Assembly (NCBI GenBank): GCA_963660835.1
Contig: CAVLAA010000002.1
Location: forward strand, 7,459 to 71,458
DNA length: 64,000 bases
Source of the DNA: a bacterium
GTDB taxonomy: Bacteria > Bacillota > Clostridia > Lachnospirales > Lachnospiraceae
Direction: 5' to 3'
The position numbers and the translations under genes were made by a program. Of this stretch, positions 32,033 to 41,403 are shown in pieces. A model generated the notes under the pieces. That model was not told the origin of the DNA and ran no database searches. It worked only from the letters and a program-made list of their open reading frames with translations. Position 1 is the first letter of the stretch. Every line of letters begins with the position of its first letter.

Positions 32033-33139
32033 ATGAAAATCAAAGCAGCGGTCACTCATTCAGCAGGTGCTCCATATACAATTGAAGAAATAGAACTTGA
32101 CGAGCCAAAAATCGGTGAGATCCTTGTAAAGATTACAGCAAGCGGAATATGTCATACTGATGAAGCTGTTCAGCACCAATTTATACCTATGCCGCTCCCT
32201 GCCGTTCTTGGACATGAAGGTGCCGGTATAGTAGAAAAGGTAGGACTCGGTGTGACTGACTTTAAAGTCGGCGACAGAGTTGCTATTTCTTTTGGTTTCT
32301 GCAACTGCTGTTCAAATTGCCGTAAGGCTCGCCCATTTGTATGCAAAAGCCTTAATAAAATAAACTTCGGAGGAATACAGCCTGATAATACAACAAGACT
32401 TCATACTCTTGACGGACAGGATCTAAGCACATTTTTCGGGCAGTCCTCTTTTGCCACTTATGCCGTTGTCAATCAAAATCATGCCGTAAAGGTTGGGTAT
32501 GATGACATGGATCTTGCTCTTGCTGCTCCTATGGGCTGCGGAATCCAAACAGGTGCAGGTGCTGTATTAAACAGACTCCGCCCGGAATTTGGTTCTTCCA
32601 TTGCTGTGTTTGGCTGCGGTACAGTTGGTATGAGTGCAATAATGGCCGCCAAAATAGCCGGCTGTCAGCAGATTATTGCTGTCGGAGGCAATCCAAAGAA
32701 CCTTGAACTCGCAAAGGAGCTTGGAGCGACTGATACAGTTAACCGAAAAGAGGTTGATGATCTGGTTGCAGCTGTAAAGGCCGTTTCACTCTCAGGCGAT
32801 GGAGTAAATTATTCTATAGATACTACAGGTGACGGCGAATGCGTCCGCAAATCTCTTGGATTCCTTGACTTTGACGGAACATGTGTCGTTGTCGGTGCTA
32901 CAGGAGATATAACATTTAATGTCCAAAATGAATTGATGGGCGATGGAAAAAGCCTTATCGGCGTTATAGAAGGAGATGCCGTACCTAAAGAATTTCTCCC
33001 TAAGCTTATGGATTATTATAAAAACGGGCTGTTCCCATTTGACAAGCTTATTAAATACTATCCTTTTGAACAGATCAATGAAGCTCAGGCTGCATCAGAT
33101 GCAGGCGAATGTATTAAGGCCGTCCTTAGGATGGAATAA
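32033..33139 (+). CDS. Zinc-dependent alcohol dehydrogenase (aryl/benzyl-alcohol dehydrogenase-like)
   Basis: GICHTDEAV, GHEGAGIVEKVG, CNCCSNCRKARPFVC and GCGTVGMSA. Confidence 0.9.
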   Translation: MKIKAAVTHSAGAPYTIEEIELDEPKIGEILVKITASGICHTDEAVQHQFIPMPLPAVLGHEGAGIVEKVGLGVTDFKVGDRVAISFGFCNCCSNCRKARPFVCKSLNKINFGGIQPDNTTRLHTLDGQDLSTFFGQSSFATYAVVNQNHAVKVGYDDMDLALAAPMGCGIQTGAGAVLNRLRPEFGSSIAVFGCGTVGMSAIMAAKIAGCQQIIAVGGNPKNLELAKELGATDTVNRKEVDDLVAAVKAVSLSGDGVNYSIDTTGDGECVRKSLGFLDFDGTCVVVGATGDITFNVQNELMGDGKSLIGVIEGDAVPKEFLPKLMDYYKNGLFPFDKLIKYYPFEQINEAQAASDAGECIKAVLRME

Positions 33140-33170
33140 TTTAATAGAATAATTTAATTATTTTACAAAC

Positions 33171-33198
33171 AACGGGATGACGTTATCGCCATCCCGTT
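33171..33198. terminator. Shared terminator hairpin between the convergent Zn-ADH gene and glmS
   Basis: AACGGGATG / CATCCCGTT stem. Confidence 0.65.
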
Positions 33199-33236
33199 GT
33201 AATTTAATAAAAACTTCATTTCATTAAAATTATTAA

Positions 33237-35105
33237 TTATTCTACTGTTACACTCTTTGCAAGATTTCTTGGCTTATCTACATCAAGTCCTCTTGATACA
33301 GATACATAATATCCCAAAAGCTGCAATGGGATAACCGCAAGTGAACCTATAAAGTATTTATGTACTTTAGGAATATATGTTACAAAATCAGCTGAATCTT
33401 CCATCTCATAATGTCCATATGATGTAAATCCCATCAGATATGCTCCTCTGCTCTTACATTCGAGCATATTTGATATTGTTTTTTCATACAGATCATCCTG
33501 AGTAAGAACACCGATTATAACTGTTCCGTTTTCAATAAGTGAGATCGTTCCGTGCTTTAATTCTCCTGCTGCATAGGCTTCGCTGTGTATATATGAAATT
33601 TCCTTCATCTTGAGCGAACCTTCAAGACATATAGCATAGTCAATTCCACGTCCCACAAAGAAAACGTCCTGTACATTTGAAAGCTTTGCGGCAACCCACT
33701 GAAGTCTTTCCTTATCTTCTATTATCTTGCTTATCTTATCCGGGATCGTTTTGATCTCATTTAAATAATAAATGCTGTCTTCTTTTGATATTTCGCCTCT
33801 TACAAGCGCTGTCTTTATTGCTATGAGATACATTGCAACAAGCTGTGTACTGTATGCCTTTGTTGTTGCAACCGATATCTCAGGCCCTGCAACAGTATAA
33901 AATACATGATCAGCCTCTCTTGCTATAGATGAACCGACTACATTTACAATAGCAAACGTTTTTAAATCCATCTTTTTAGCCTCTCTTAAGGCTGCAAGGC
34001 TGTCTGCTGTTTCACCTGATTGAGAAATTATTACAACCAATGAATTTTTATCAAGTACCGGCCTTCTGTATCTGAATTCAGATGCCAGTTCAACACGTAC
34101 AGGAATCCTTGCCATATCCTCAATAACATACTGAGAAGCCATTCCGACATGCCATGCCGAACCACATGCAACTATAACTATCTGTGATATCTTCTTGATA
34201 TCCTCATCCGACAGCTCCATCTGTGAAAAGTCTATTTCATCATCACTTACGACAGAATTGAAGGTATCTATAATAGCCTTTGGCTGCTCATGGATCTCTT
34301 TCATCATGAAGTGCTCGAATCCGCCCTTTTCGGCAGCCTCAGCACTGTATTCGATTTCGACAGTCTCCTTTTGAACCTCATCACCGTCAAGATTGTAAAA
34401 TGTAGCCTTTCCCGGTGTAAGTCTTGCCATCTCGAGATTATCTATATAATATACATTTCTGGTATATTTAAGTATGGCAGGAACATCTGATGCGATAAAT
34501 GTCTCGTCCTGTTCAACACCTATTATCATAGGGCAATCTTTTCTTGCTACCCAGATTTCTCCGGGATGATCCTTGAACATAAGCTCAAGAGCATATGAAC
34601 CCCTTACGCGGACCATAGTTTTTGCGATCGCATCTATAGGTCCTATATTGTACTTTTTATAATAGTAATCAACAAGCTTAACAACTACTTCAGTATCAGT
34701 CTGAGAATAGAATTTATATCCATGCTTTATAAGCTTTTCTTTTAATTCCTGATAATTCTCTATTATTCCATTGTGAACACCGACTATATCTGAATTGTCG
34801 GAGTTTGTGTCGCTTGCATTGCAATATCCTGAAACATGAGGATGTGCATTGATCTGCGAAGGCACTCCATGTGTTGCCCATCTGGTATGTCCTATACCTG
34901 TTGTACCTCTTAAGGCATTTCCATTGTCAGTTTTTTCTATGAGATTTTTTAATTTTCCGGTTGTTTTAACTATCTGTGGAGCAGCATTATTATCTCTTAC
35001 TGCTATACCGGCCGAATCATATCCTCTATATTCGAGCTTTGATAGTCCGTCAATAAGAATAGGTCCTGCCTGATTATATCCTGTATACCCTACTATTCCG
35101 CACAT
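33237..35105 (-). CDS. glmS: Glutamine--fructose-6-phosphate aminotransferase (isomerizing)
   Basis: MCGIVGY N-terminal nucleophile, two SIS domains and the C-terminal KSVTVE. Confidence 0.97.
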   Translation of the reverse strand: MCGIVGYTGYNQAGPILIDGLSKLEYRGYDSAGIAVRDNNAAPQIVKTTGKLKNLIEKTDNGNALRGTTGIGHTRWATHGVPSQINAHPHVSGYCNASDTNSDNSDIVGVHNGIIENYQELKEKLIKHGYKFYSQTDTEVVVKLVDYYYKKYNIGPIDAIAKTMVRVRGSYALELMFKDHPGEIWVARKDCPMIIGVEQDETFIASDVPAILKYTRNVYYIDNLEMARLTPGKATFYNLDGDEVQKETVEIEYSAEAAEKGGFEHFMMKEIHEQPKAIIDTFNSVVSDDEIDFSQMELSDEDIKKISQIVIVACGSAWHVGMASQYVIEDMARIPVRVELASEFRYRRPVLDKNSLVVIISQSGETADSLAALREAKKMDLKTFAIVNVVGSSIAREADHVFYTVAGPEISVATTKAYSTQLVAMYLIAIKTALVRGEISKEDSIYYLNEIKTIPDKISKIIEDKERLQWVAAKLSNVQDVFFVGRGIDYAICLEGSLKMKEISYIHSEAYAAGELKHGTISLIENGTVIIGVLTQDDLYEKTISNMLECKSRGAYLMGFTSYGHYEMEDSADFVTYIPKVHKYFIGSLAVIPLQLLGYYVSVSRGLDVDKPRNLAKSVTVE

Positions 35106-35155
35106 ATCTGTAATGTCCTTTCGGAAATTCTCCCAAAACCTATGCTCTGCTGCAA

Positions 35156-36826
35156 TTATTTTGCGGCAGGCAGTTTAAATGAGCTCTTTAGTGAAACAAT
35201 CCTGTTAAATACCAATGCATCCGGTCTTGAATCTCTTGAATCAACGCAGAAGAAACCGTTTCTTACAAACTGGAAGCTGTCAAGCGGTTTTGCATCCTTA
35301 AGAGAAGTCTCAAGAACAGCATTTTTAACAACCTTAAGTGAATTAGGGTTGATATTCATGCTTCCGTCTTCATTGTAAACGCCCTTTTCTTCATCTATGA
35401 GATTTTCATAAAGTCTGCATTCTGCATTTATACAATTTGCTGCTGAAACCCAGTGAATAGTTCCCTTTACTTTACGTCCGTCAGGGCTGTTTCCACCCTT
35501 GCTTTCCGGATCATATGTACAATGAACTGCTGTTACATTGCCATTTTCATCTGTTTCATAGCCTGTACATTTAGCAAAATAAGCATTCATAAGTCTTACT
35601 TCATTGCCCGGGAACATTCTGAAATACTTTTTAACAGGCTCTATCATAAAGTCATCACGTTCTATATAAAGTTCTTTTGAAAATGTTATAGTCCTGCTTC
35701 CCAGGGCTTCATTTTCAAGGTTATTGACTACCGGAAGCTCTTCTGTCTGTCCTTCCGGATAATTGTCAACAATAAGCTTTATCGGATCAAGTATTGCCAT
35801 AACTCTCGGTCTCTTAAGCTTAAGATCCTCTCTTATGCAATACTCAAGCATTGCATAGTCAACAGAGCTGTTTGCCTTTGATACACCGCAAAGCTTTACG
35901 AAATTCTGTATTGATTCCGGTGTAAATCCTCTTCTTCTAAGTGCTGCAATAGAAACAAGTCTTGGATCATCCCATCCGTCAACTGTTCCTTCCTCAACGA
36001 GCTTTTTGATATATCTTTTTCCTGTTACAACATTTGTAAGATACATCTTTGCAAACTCGATCTGTTTAGGCGGCTTTTCGTATTCAAGCTCACGGACTAC
36101 CCAGTCATAAAGAGGTCTGTGATCTTCAAATTCAAGTGTACATATGGAATGTGTAACTCCCTCAACTGCATCCTCGATAGGATGTGCGAAGTCATACATC
36201 GGATATATGCACCATTTGTCTCCTGTATTGTGATGTGTCAAATGCGCAACTCTATAGATTACCGGATCACGCATATTGATATTAGGTGACGCCATATCTA
36301 TCTTTGCACGAAGAACCTTCTCGCCGTCCTTAAACTCACCGTTTTTCATTCTCTCGAAAAGATCAAGATTTTCTTCTATTGAACGATCTCTGTATGGGCT
36401 GTTTTTGCCCGGCTCTGTAAGAGTTCCTCTGTACTGTTTTATCTCATCAGCTGTCAGATCGCATACAAAAGCCTTTCCCTTTTTTATGAGCTTGATAGCT
36501 CCCTCATACATTTTGTCAAAATAATTTGATGCGAAGAAAAGATTCTCTCCCCAGTCAGCTCCAAGCCACTTGATATCCTTTAAGATGGACTCAACAAATT
36601 CTGTTTTTTCCTTAGTCGGATTTGTATCATCGAATCTCATGTGGAAGGTTCCGTTATATTCCTTTGCAAGGCCATAATTAAGAAGGATAGATTTTGCATG
36701 TCCGATATGCAGATATCCGTTTGGCTCCGGCGGGAAACGTGTGCATACCTCGTCATAGGTTCCTTCCTCTAAGTCCTTGTCTATTATCATCTCTATAAAA
36801 TTTCTTGATTCGGTTTCTGCTGCCAT
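35156..36826 (-). CDS. glnS: Glutamine--tRNA ligase
   Basis: [17 protein letters not shown] class I motif, GlnRS-type C-terminal beta-barrels (GTIHWVSA). The start was set at MAAETES, which has a GAGGAG RBS. Confidence 0.93.
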   Translation of the reverse strand: MAAETESRNFIEMIIDKDLEEGTYDEVCTRFPPEPNGYLHIGHAKSILLNYGLAKEYNGTFHMRFDDTNPTKEKTEFVESILKDIKWLGADWGENLFFASNYFDKMYEGAIKLIKKGKAFVCDLTADEIKQYRGTLTEPGKNSPYRDRSIEENLDLFERMKNGEFKDGEKVLRAKIDMASPNINMRDPVIYRVAHLTHHNTGDKWCIYPMYDFAHPIEDAVEGVTHSICTLEFEDHRPLYDWVVRELEYEKPPKQIEFAKMYLTNVVTGKRYIKKLVEEGTVDGWDDPRLVSIAALRRRGFTPESIQNFVKLCGVSKANSSVDYAMLEYCIREDLKLKRPRVMAILDPIKLIVDNYPEGQTEELPVVNNLENEALGSRTITFSKELYIERDDFMIEPVKKYFRMFPGNEVRLMNAYFAKCTGYETDENGNVTAVHCTYDPESKGGNSPDGRKVKGTIHWVSAANCINAECRLYENLIDEEKGVYNEDGSMNINPNSLKVVKNAVLETSLKDAKPLDSFQFVRNGFFCVDSRDSRPDALVFNRIVSLKSSFKLPAAK

Positions 36827-36854
36827 AATAATACTCTCCTCTGAAATGTCATAT

Positions 36855-37850
36855 TTAACTGTTTGTATTATTGCCTGACTGTTGTCGATGTCCGCTGCCT
36901 GTCTGTTCTTTTCCGGCAATGATCTTCTCATCCTTTTTGATGACATCACGGACAACATACTGCGGTGAGCTGTTAACAGTAAATAAGACTCGTCCGATAT
37001 ATTCTCCCATGATTCCGAGTATGATAAATGTTACTCCGAACAGTAAGAGCAGTGTACACATGATAGAAGGCCAACCTGCCTGCATAGCCGGATTTACAAG
37101 CTTCATGATAAGAACGATAAGTCCTGCTACGAAACCTATTCCTGCAAATATCGTTCCCAAAAAAGAAGCAAGTCTTAACGGAAGCTCCGAATAATTGATC
37201 ATCGACATAAAGTGCTTCAAGCCTTTTTTGAATGTATAATTCGACGATCCGACCTCTCTGTCAAAATGTTCTATTTCTATATTTGCAACATTGTGCGTTG
37301 TCCTGAAAAACAACAGCTGGACAAAGGCGCTGTTTCCTTCATATTCAAGAGCCTTGTCTATGACAAATCTTCTTGCAAGCCAAAAGCTTCCCATCTGAAT
37401 GTTTTTCGGTCTGTCTATCATCCTGAATAACAAAAATCTGCTGACAGCACCTGTGAAATTTTTCCATCTTGAAAAATGTCTTTCTTTGAATACACCAAAA
37501 ACTACGTCATAGCCTTCATTTGCCTTATCCAGAAATTGCTTTATCTGTGACGGATGATTCTGAAGATCATCGTCCATAGCAATAACATAATCTCCCTTTG
37601 TATAATGAAGACCTGCCATTATCGCGGCATGCTGTCCAAAATTCTTCGCAAGGTTTACGGCTGTTACATTGGCATATTTTTCTGAACATCGGCATATAGC
37701 CTCAAATGTCTTGTCCTTTGAATAATCATTGACAAGTATCATTTCACAAGTATATCCGTCCAGCTTGTCAAATTCCTTCATGCACATATCTACGACTCTT
37801 TCGATCGTATGCTCAGAATTATAACAAGGTATAACTACAGAAACGAGCAT
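36855..37850 (-). CDS. Family 2 glycosyltransferase, polyprenyl-phosphate sugar synthase type (GtrB/CsbB/ArnC-like) with two C-terminal TM helices
   Basis: [11 protein letters not shown]...LVNDYSKD...[10 protein letters not shown] (DxD) and a C-terminal membrane hairpin ([21 protein letters not shown] ... [23 protein letters not shown]). Confidence 0.85.
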   Translation of the reverse strand: MLVSVVIPCYNSEHTIERVVDMCMKEFDKLDGYTCEMILVNDYSKDKTFEAICRCSEKYANVTAVNLAKNFGQHAAIMAGLHYTKGDYVIAMDDDLQNHPSQIKQFLDKANEGYDVVFGVFKERHFSRWKNFTGAVSRFLLFRMIDRPKNIQMGSFWLARRFVIDKALEYEGNSAFVQLLFFRTTHNVANIEIEHFDREVGSSNYTFKKGLKHFMSMINYSELPLRLASFLGTIFAGIGFVAGLIVLIMKLVNPAMQAGWPSIMCTLLLLFGVTFIILGIMGEYIGRVLFTVNSSPQYVVRDVIKKDEKIIAGKEQTGSGHRQQSGNNTNS

Positions 37851-37870
37851 TTTGTTTCCCCCAAATACTT

Positions 37871-39073
37871 TTATTCTACTATTACATGAATATAATCATT
37901 CATATTGTCGACAATGCGGCACATTTCCTCTGTATTATCAAACGTGAGTACAAGTGCACCAACATCGTCAGATGCGTTTTTAAATCTTTTAACCGGATCT
38001 CCGGGTTTTACATATATCTGCTTTATAACTATCCTTTTTTCTATTTCAGGATCGATCTCGATCCCCTTATATATACCGTCCGACAGCGAATGGATTATAT
38101 ATGATGTTGCACATCTGTAAGGCTCTTTCTGATAAAGATCGCTTACATCATCTCCGACTGCCTGTCTTACAGTATAAGCTGCAAGATTTACTCCTGTTGC
38201 GGCATTTATTGCGTCAGTGATGAGATTGCCGCCGTTTCTGGGTCCAATCTCCAAAAGATAAACCTGACCGCTTTTGCTTACTATATATTCAATATTGTAA
38301 GCTCCCATATGCATGCCTAAAAGCTTAAACAGTCTCTGTATCTGGTCTCTTGCATTATTTTGGATGCTGATATCCTGTGTCGGCGGAAAGCTCAGTCCTG
38401 CAGGTGCATATTTTGAGCATGTATCATCATGATGCTGATCGCATATTCCCCAAAATCTTATCTCACCGTCAATAACGAAGGCATCTCCGTCTATCTGGTA
38501 TCCATGTCTTTCGACAAATTCTTCAACTATAACCTGCTTGGAAATAGAATAGGATAATGATTCCTCCCATGCAGCTTCAAATCCTTCATCGCTGTCAACT
38601 CTGTTAACACCTTTGCTTCCGGATGAATCTATAGGCTTTATCATTACAGGCTTTGTAAGTCCTTTGAAAAATTCAAATGCCTCATCATGCTGAGCCATTT
38701 TAAAGCCTGCACCTTTTGGCATAGGAAAACCATTTTTTCTAAGAAAATCCCTGAACAGATCCTTATGAGTCATTATCATTACCGAGTCATAAGGGTTTGT
38801 AGGCAATCCAAGTGCTTCAGCAACATATGCAGCTGTCGGTGCCGAAACATCCGATGCATATGATACAATACCATCTATATTAAGCTTTTTGGCAAGCTCA
38901 AGAACAGCTTCTTTATCTATAGTGCTGACATTGTGATATTCGTCTGCAAATTTATGCGCCGGGTTATCCGGGAGATAATCGACACTTATTACATAATATC
39001 CTTCTGCCTTTGCTGCGAGAGTACATGTCATCTGAGTATAATTTCCACCAAGCAGCATTATTCTTTTAGCCAT
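37871..39073 (-). CDS. ATP-grasp domain protein (carboxylate-amine ligase-like)
   Basis: Pre-ATP-grasp MLLGGNYTQ, PVMIKPIDSSGSKGV, EEFVE...LLEIGPRNGG. GGGAGGAA RBS. Confidence 0.8.
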   Translation of the reverse strand: MAKRIMLLGGNYTQMTCTLAAKAEGYYVISVDYLPDNPAHKFADEYHNVSTIDKEAVLELAKKLNIDGIVSYASDVSAPTAAYVAEALGLPTNPYDSVMIMTHKDLFRDFLRKNGFPMPKGAGFKMAQHDEAFEFFKGLTKPVMIKPIDSSGSKGVNRVDSDEGFEAAWEESLSYSISKQVIVEEFVERHGYQIDGDAFVIDGEIRFWGICDQHHDDTCSKYAPAGLSFPPTQDISIQNNARDQIQRLFKLLGMHMGAYNIEYIVSKSGQVYLLEIGPRNGGNLITDAINAATGVNLAAYTVRQAVGDDVSDLYQKEPYRCATSYIIHSLSDGIYKGIEIDPEIEKRIVIKQIYVKPGDPVKRFKNASDDVGALVLTFDNTEEMCRIVDNMNDYIHVIVE

Positions 39074-39143
39074 ATGTCATTCCTCCCAAAATTAATCACT
39101 TAATCATAGCATAAATGCATATTAAAGTGAATAGTTAAATTTC

Positions 39144-39172
39144 TTGCACATGTCCTTTGGAATTATTATAAT
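39144..39172 (+). promoter_or_regulatory. Sigma-A-type promoter of the ATP-grasp/PLP fusion gene
   Basis: TTGCAC-17 nt-TATAAT, 35 nt upstream of ATG 39207. Confidence 0.55.
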
Positions 39173-39206
39173 ATTCGTTAAATTATATATAATGAAAGAG
39201 GCTCAG

Positions 39207-41342
39207 ATGAAAAAGTTAATGATACTAGGTGCCGGATATACTCAGGTACCTCTTCATAAAGCAGCTCACAAGCTCGGATACAGAACTATAGCAGCAAGTA
39301 TTCCCGGGAACTATGACTGCTTTAATATAGCAGACGAAATCGCATACGTAGATATATCAGATCCTGAAGCTGTAGCCAAAGCCGCAAGAGAGCATAATGC
39401 AGATGCTGTTGCAACCTGCGGACTTGATCTTGCTATGAAAGCAATAGGCTATGTCTCTGAAGCATTGTCTCTTCACGGACCTTCTAAGCTTGCAGCCGAA
39501 ACTGTTTCCAACAAATACCTTATGAAGCAGGCTCTCACAAGCTCAAGTGTGACAACAGCCGAATTTTTCTGCATACATAACGAGGATGAGCTCGAAGAAG
39601 CAATGAATCAGCTTACATTTCCGGTTATCCTTAAAGCTACCGATCAAATGGGAAGCCGAGGCATATTTAAGAGCAGTACACCGGATGAGGCTCGTGAAAA
39701 TTTCGCAAAAAGCATGGCTGCTACCAAAAAAGACTACTGCCTTATAGAAAAATTTATTGAAGGACCACTTTTTGGCGTAGAAGCAATGATCCAAAACGGC
39801 GAGATCATATTTATGCTTCCGAACAATACAGAGGCCTTTGAAGGTGCTACTAATATCCCCATCGGACATTCCGTTCCGTTTAATACACTTGAGAGGCATG
39901 GCGAAACAATAAAAAAAGAAGTATCTGCAGCTATAAAGGCTGTAGGCCTTGATAATTGTCCAGTAAACTGTGACTGTATTTTAAACGGTGACGACGTATA
40001 TATAGTTGAGCTTACCGGCAGATCAGGTGCAACAGGTCTTTCCGAAATGGTCAGTCAGAAATTTAATATTGATTATTATGAGGTTATTGCCCGAATTGCT
40101 ATGGGCGAGGATGTAAAGCCATTTTTTGAAAATGAATCAGAAACTGCTGTTCTTACTCATACTATGACAGCTCCAAGAGAAGGCATACTAAGAAAAATAG
40201 TTAATAACAATCCAAAGTGCTCTAACGTCAAGGAGCTTATATTTAATATTGCAAAGGGTGATCATATCCAGCCTTTTACAAACGGACGCGATCGTATCGG
40301 TCAGACTCTGATAACAGCTGACACACTTGATGAATGCAGAAAGATCTTAAAGGAGCTTGAATCTCATATAACCTATGAGCTTGAAGGCGACCTTCCGCTT
40401 ATAGAAACTCCGATACAGCAGCTCAAATACAACAGCTTCGATAATGAAATATATGTTAAACGCGAGGATCTGATACCATTTGCCTTTGGCGGCAATAAAG
40501 TACGCTTTGCAGATGCTTATCTGAAGGACATGGCTAAGAAAGGCTGCAATGCAATGATAATATACGGTGGTTATTCTTCTAATCTTTGCCGTATTTTATC
40601 CAAAGCATGCAAAGAAAGAAATATCCCATGTTCAATGATCTACAACATTGAGGATTCTGATCCGGATAAAAAGAGTTCAAATGCAGATATGATACGTCTT
40701 AATGATGTAAAAGAATATCATTGCACAAAGACAACCATAGCTGATGCGGTTGAGCGTGCAATGAACGATTTCAAAGACTCAGGCTATGAGCCGTACTATA
40801 TACACGGCAATAAATTTGGCCAAGGCAATGTAACTCCTCCAATGGATTCCTATGTTAACTGCTATTTTGAGATACTAACGCAGGAAAGATCATTAAATAA
40901 AACCTTTGATTATATCTTTCTTGCTTCAAGCACAAATACATCTCAGTCAGGTCTTATTGCAGGCTCGATGATAAACGGTGACAATAGAAATATAATCGGC
41001 ATATCCGTAAACCGCAAAAAAGCACGTGCTAATGAGGTAATAACCTCCAATCTAAAGGAATATCAGGAATCTACAGGCTGCATTTACAGATCAAAAAATG
41101 CTCCTGTTGTCGAAGATATGTATCTTTGCGGCGGATATTCTCTTGCCTGTCCTGATATTTACAGTCTCAGCCGCCAAATGTATGAAACAGAATGCATTGA
41201 GCTTGATTCAACCTATACCGGAAAGGCATTTTACGGAATGCTCGAATATCTTAAAGCAAACAACATCAAGGATAAACGTATTTTATTTATCCATACCGGC
41301 GGAACAGTTCTTTTCCGCGATGAATTAGGCGTTACTATTTAA
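39207..41342 (+). CDS. Fusion protein: N-terminal ATP-grasp ligase domain (about 39207-40385) plus C-terminal fold-type II PLP domain of the ACC-deaminase/D-cysteine-desulfhydrase family (about 40386-41342)
   Basis: N-terminal part: MILGAGYTQ, PVILKATDQMGSRGI, IVELTGRSGATG. C-terminal part: ETPIQQL...YVKREDLIPFAFGGNKVRF (candidate PLP Lys codon at 40497-40499) and C-terminal IHTGGT. The start was set at ATG 39207 because the track start lies inside the predicted -35 box. Confidence 0.8.
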   Translation: MKKLMILGAGYTQVPLHKAAHKLGYRTIAASIPGNYDCFNIADEIAYVDISDPEAVAKAAREHNADAVATCGLDLAMKAIGYVSEALSLHGPSKLAAETVSNKYLMKQALTSSSVTTAEFFCIHNEDELEEAMNQLTFPVILKATDQMGSRGIFKSSTPDEARENFAKSMAATKKDYCLIEKFIEGPLFGVEAMIQNGEIIFMLPNNTEAFEGATNIPIGHSVPFNTLERHGETIKKEVSAAIKAVGLDNCPVNCDCILNGDDVYIVELTGRSGATGLSEMVSQKFNIDYYEVIARIAMGEDVKPFFENESETAVLTHTMTAPREGILRKIVNNNPKCSNVKELIFNIAKGDHIQPFTNGRDRIGQTLITADTLDECRKILKELESHITYELEGDLPLIETPIQQLKYNSFDNEIYVKREDLIPFAFGGNKVRFADAYLKDMAKKGCNAMIIYGGYSSNLCRILSKACKERNIPCSMIYNIEDSDPDKKSSNADMIRLNDVKEYHCTKTTIADAVERAMNDFKDSGYEPYYIHGNKFGQGNVTPPMDSYVNCYFEILTQERSLNKTFDYIFLASSTNTSQSGLIAGSMINGDNRNIIGISVNRKKARANEVITSNLKEYQESTGCIYRSKNAPVVEDMYLCGGYSLACPDIYSLSRQMYETECIELDSTYTGKAFYGMLEYLKANNIKDKRILFIHTGGTVLFRDELGVTI

Positions 41343-41352
41343 ACTAATGATT

Positions 41353-41380
41353 AATGGGCTGTCATTTGACAGCCCATTTT
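41353..41380. terminator. Shared terminator between the convergent ATP-grasp/PLP fusion and aminotransferase genes
   Basis: AATGGGCTGTCA / TGACAGCCCATT 12-bp stem with a T-run on the plus strand. Confidence 0.75.
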
Positions 41381-41403
41381 AATACAAAATCTTATTTATT
41401 CAA

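Noticed and set aside
35106-35400. Looked for a glmS ribozyme upstream of glmS
   Set aside because: The spacer is only 50 nt, and no AGCGCC cleavage core or recognisable P1-P2 architecture appears on the coding strand. The upstream DNA is the 3' end of glnS. The absence itself is reported as part of a finding.
39144-39206. 21-codon N-terminal extension of the ATP-grasp/PLP fusion ORF
   Set aside because: The proposed start is the -35 hexamer of the predicted promoter. ATG 39207 has an AAGAGG-type RBS and begins the conserved MKKLMILGAG motif.
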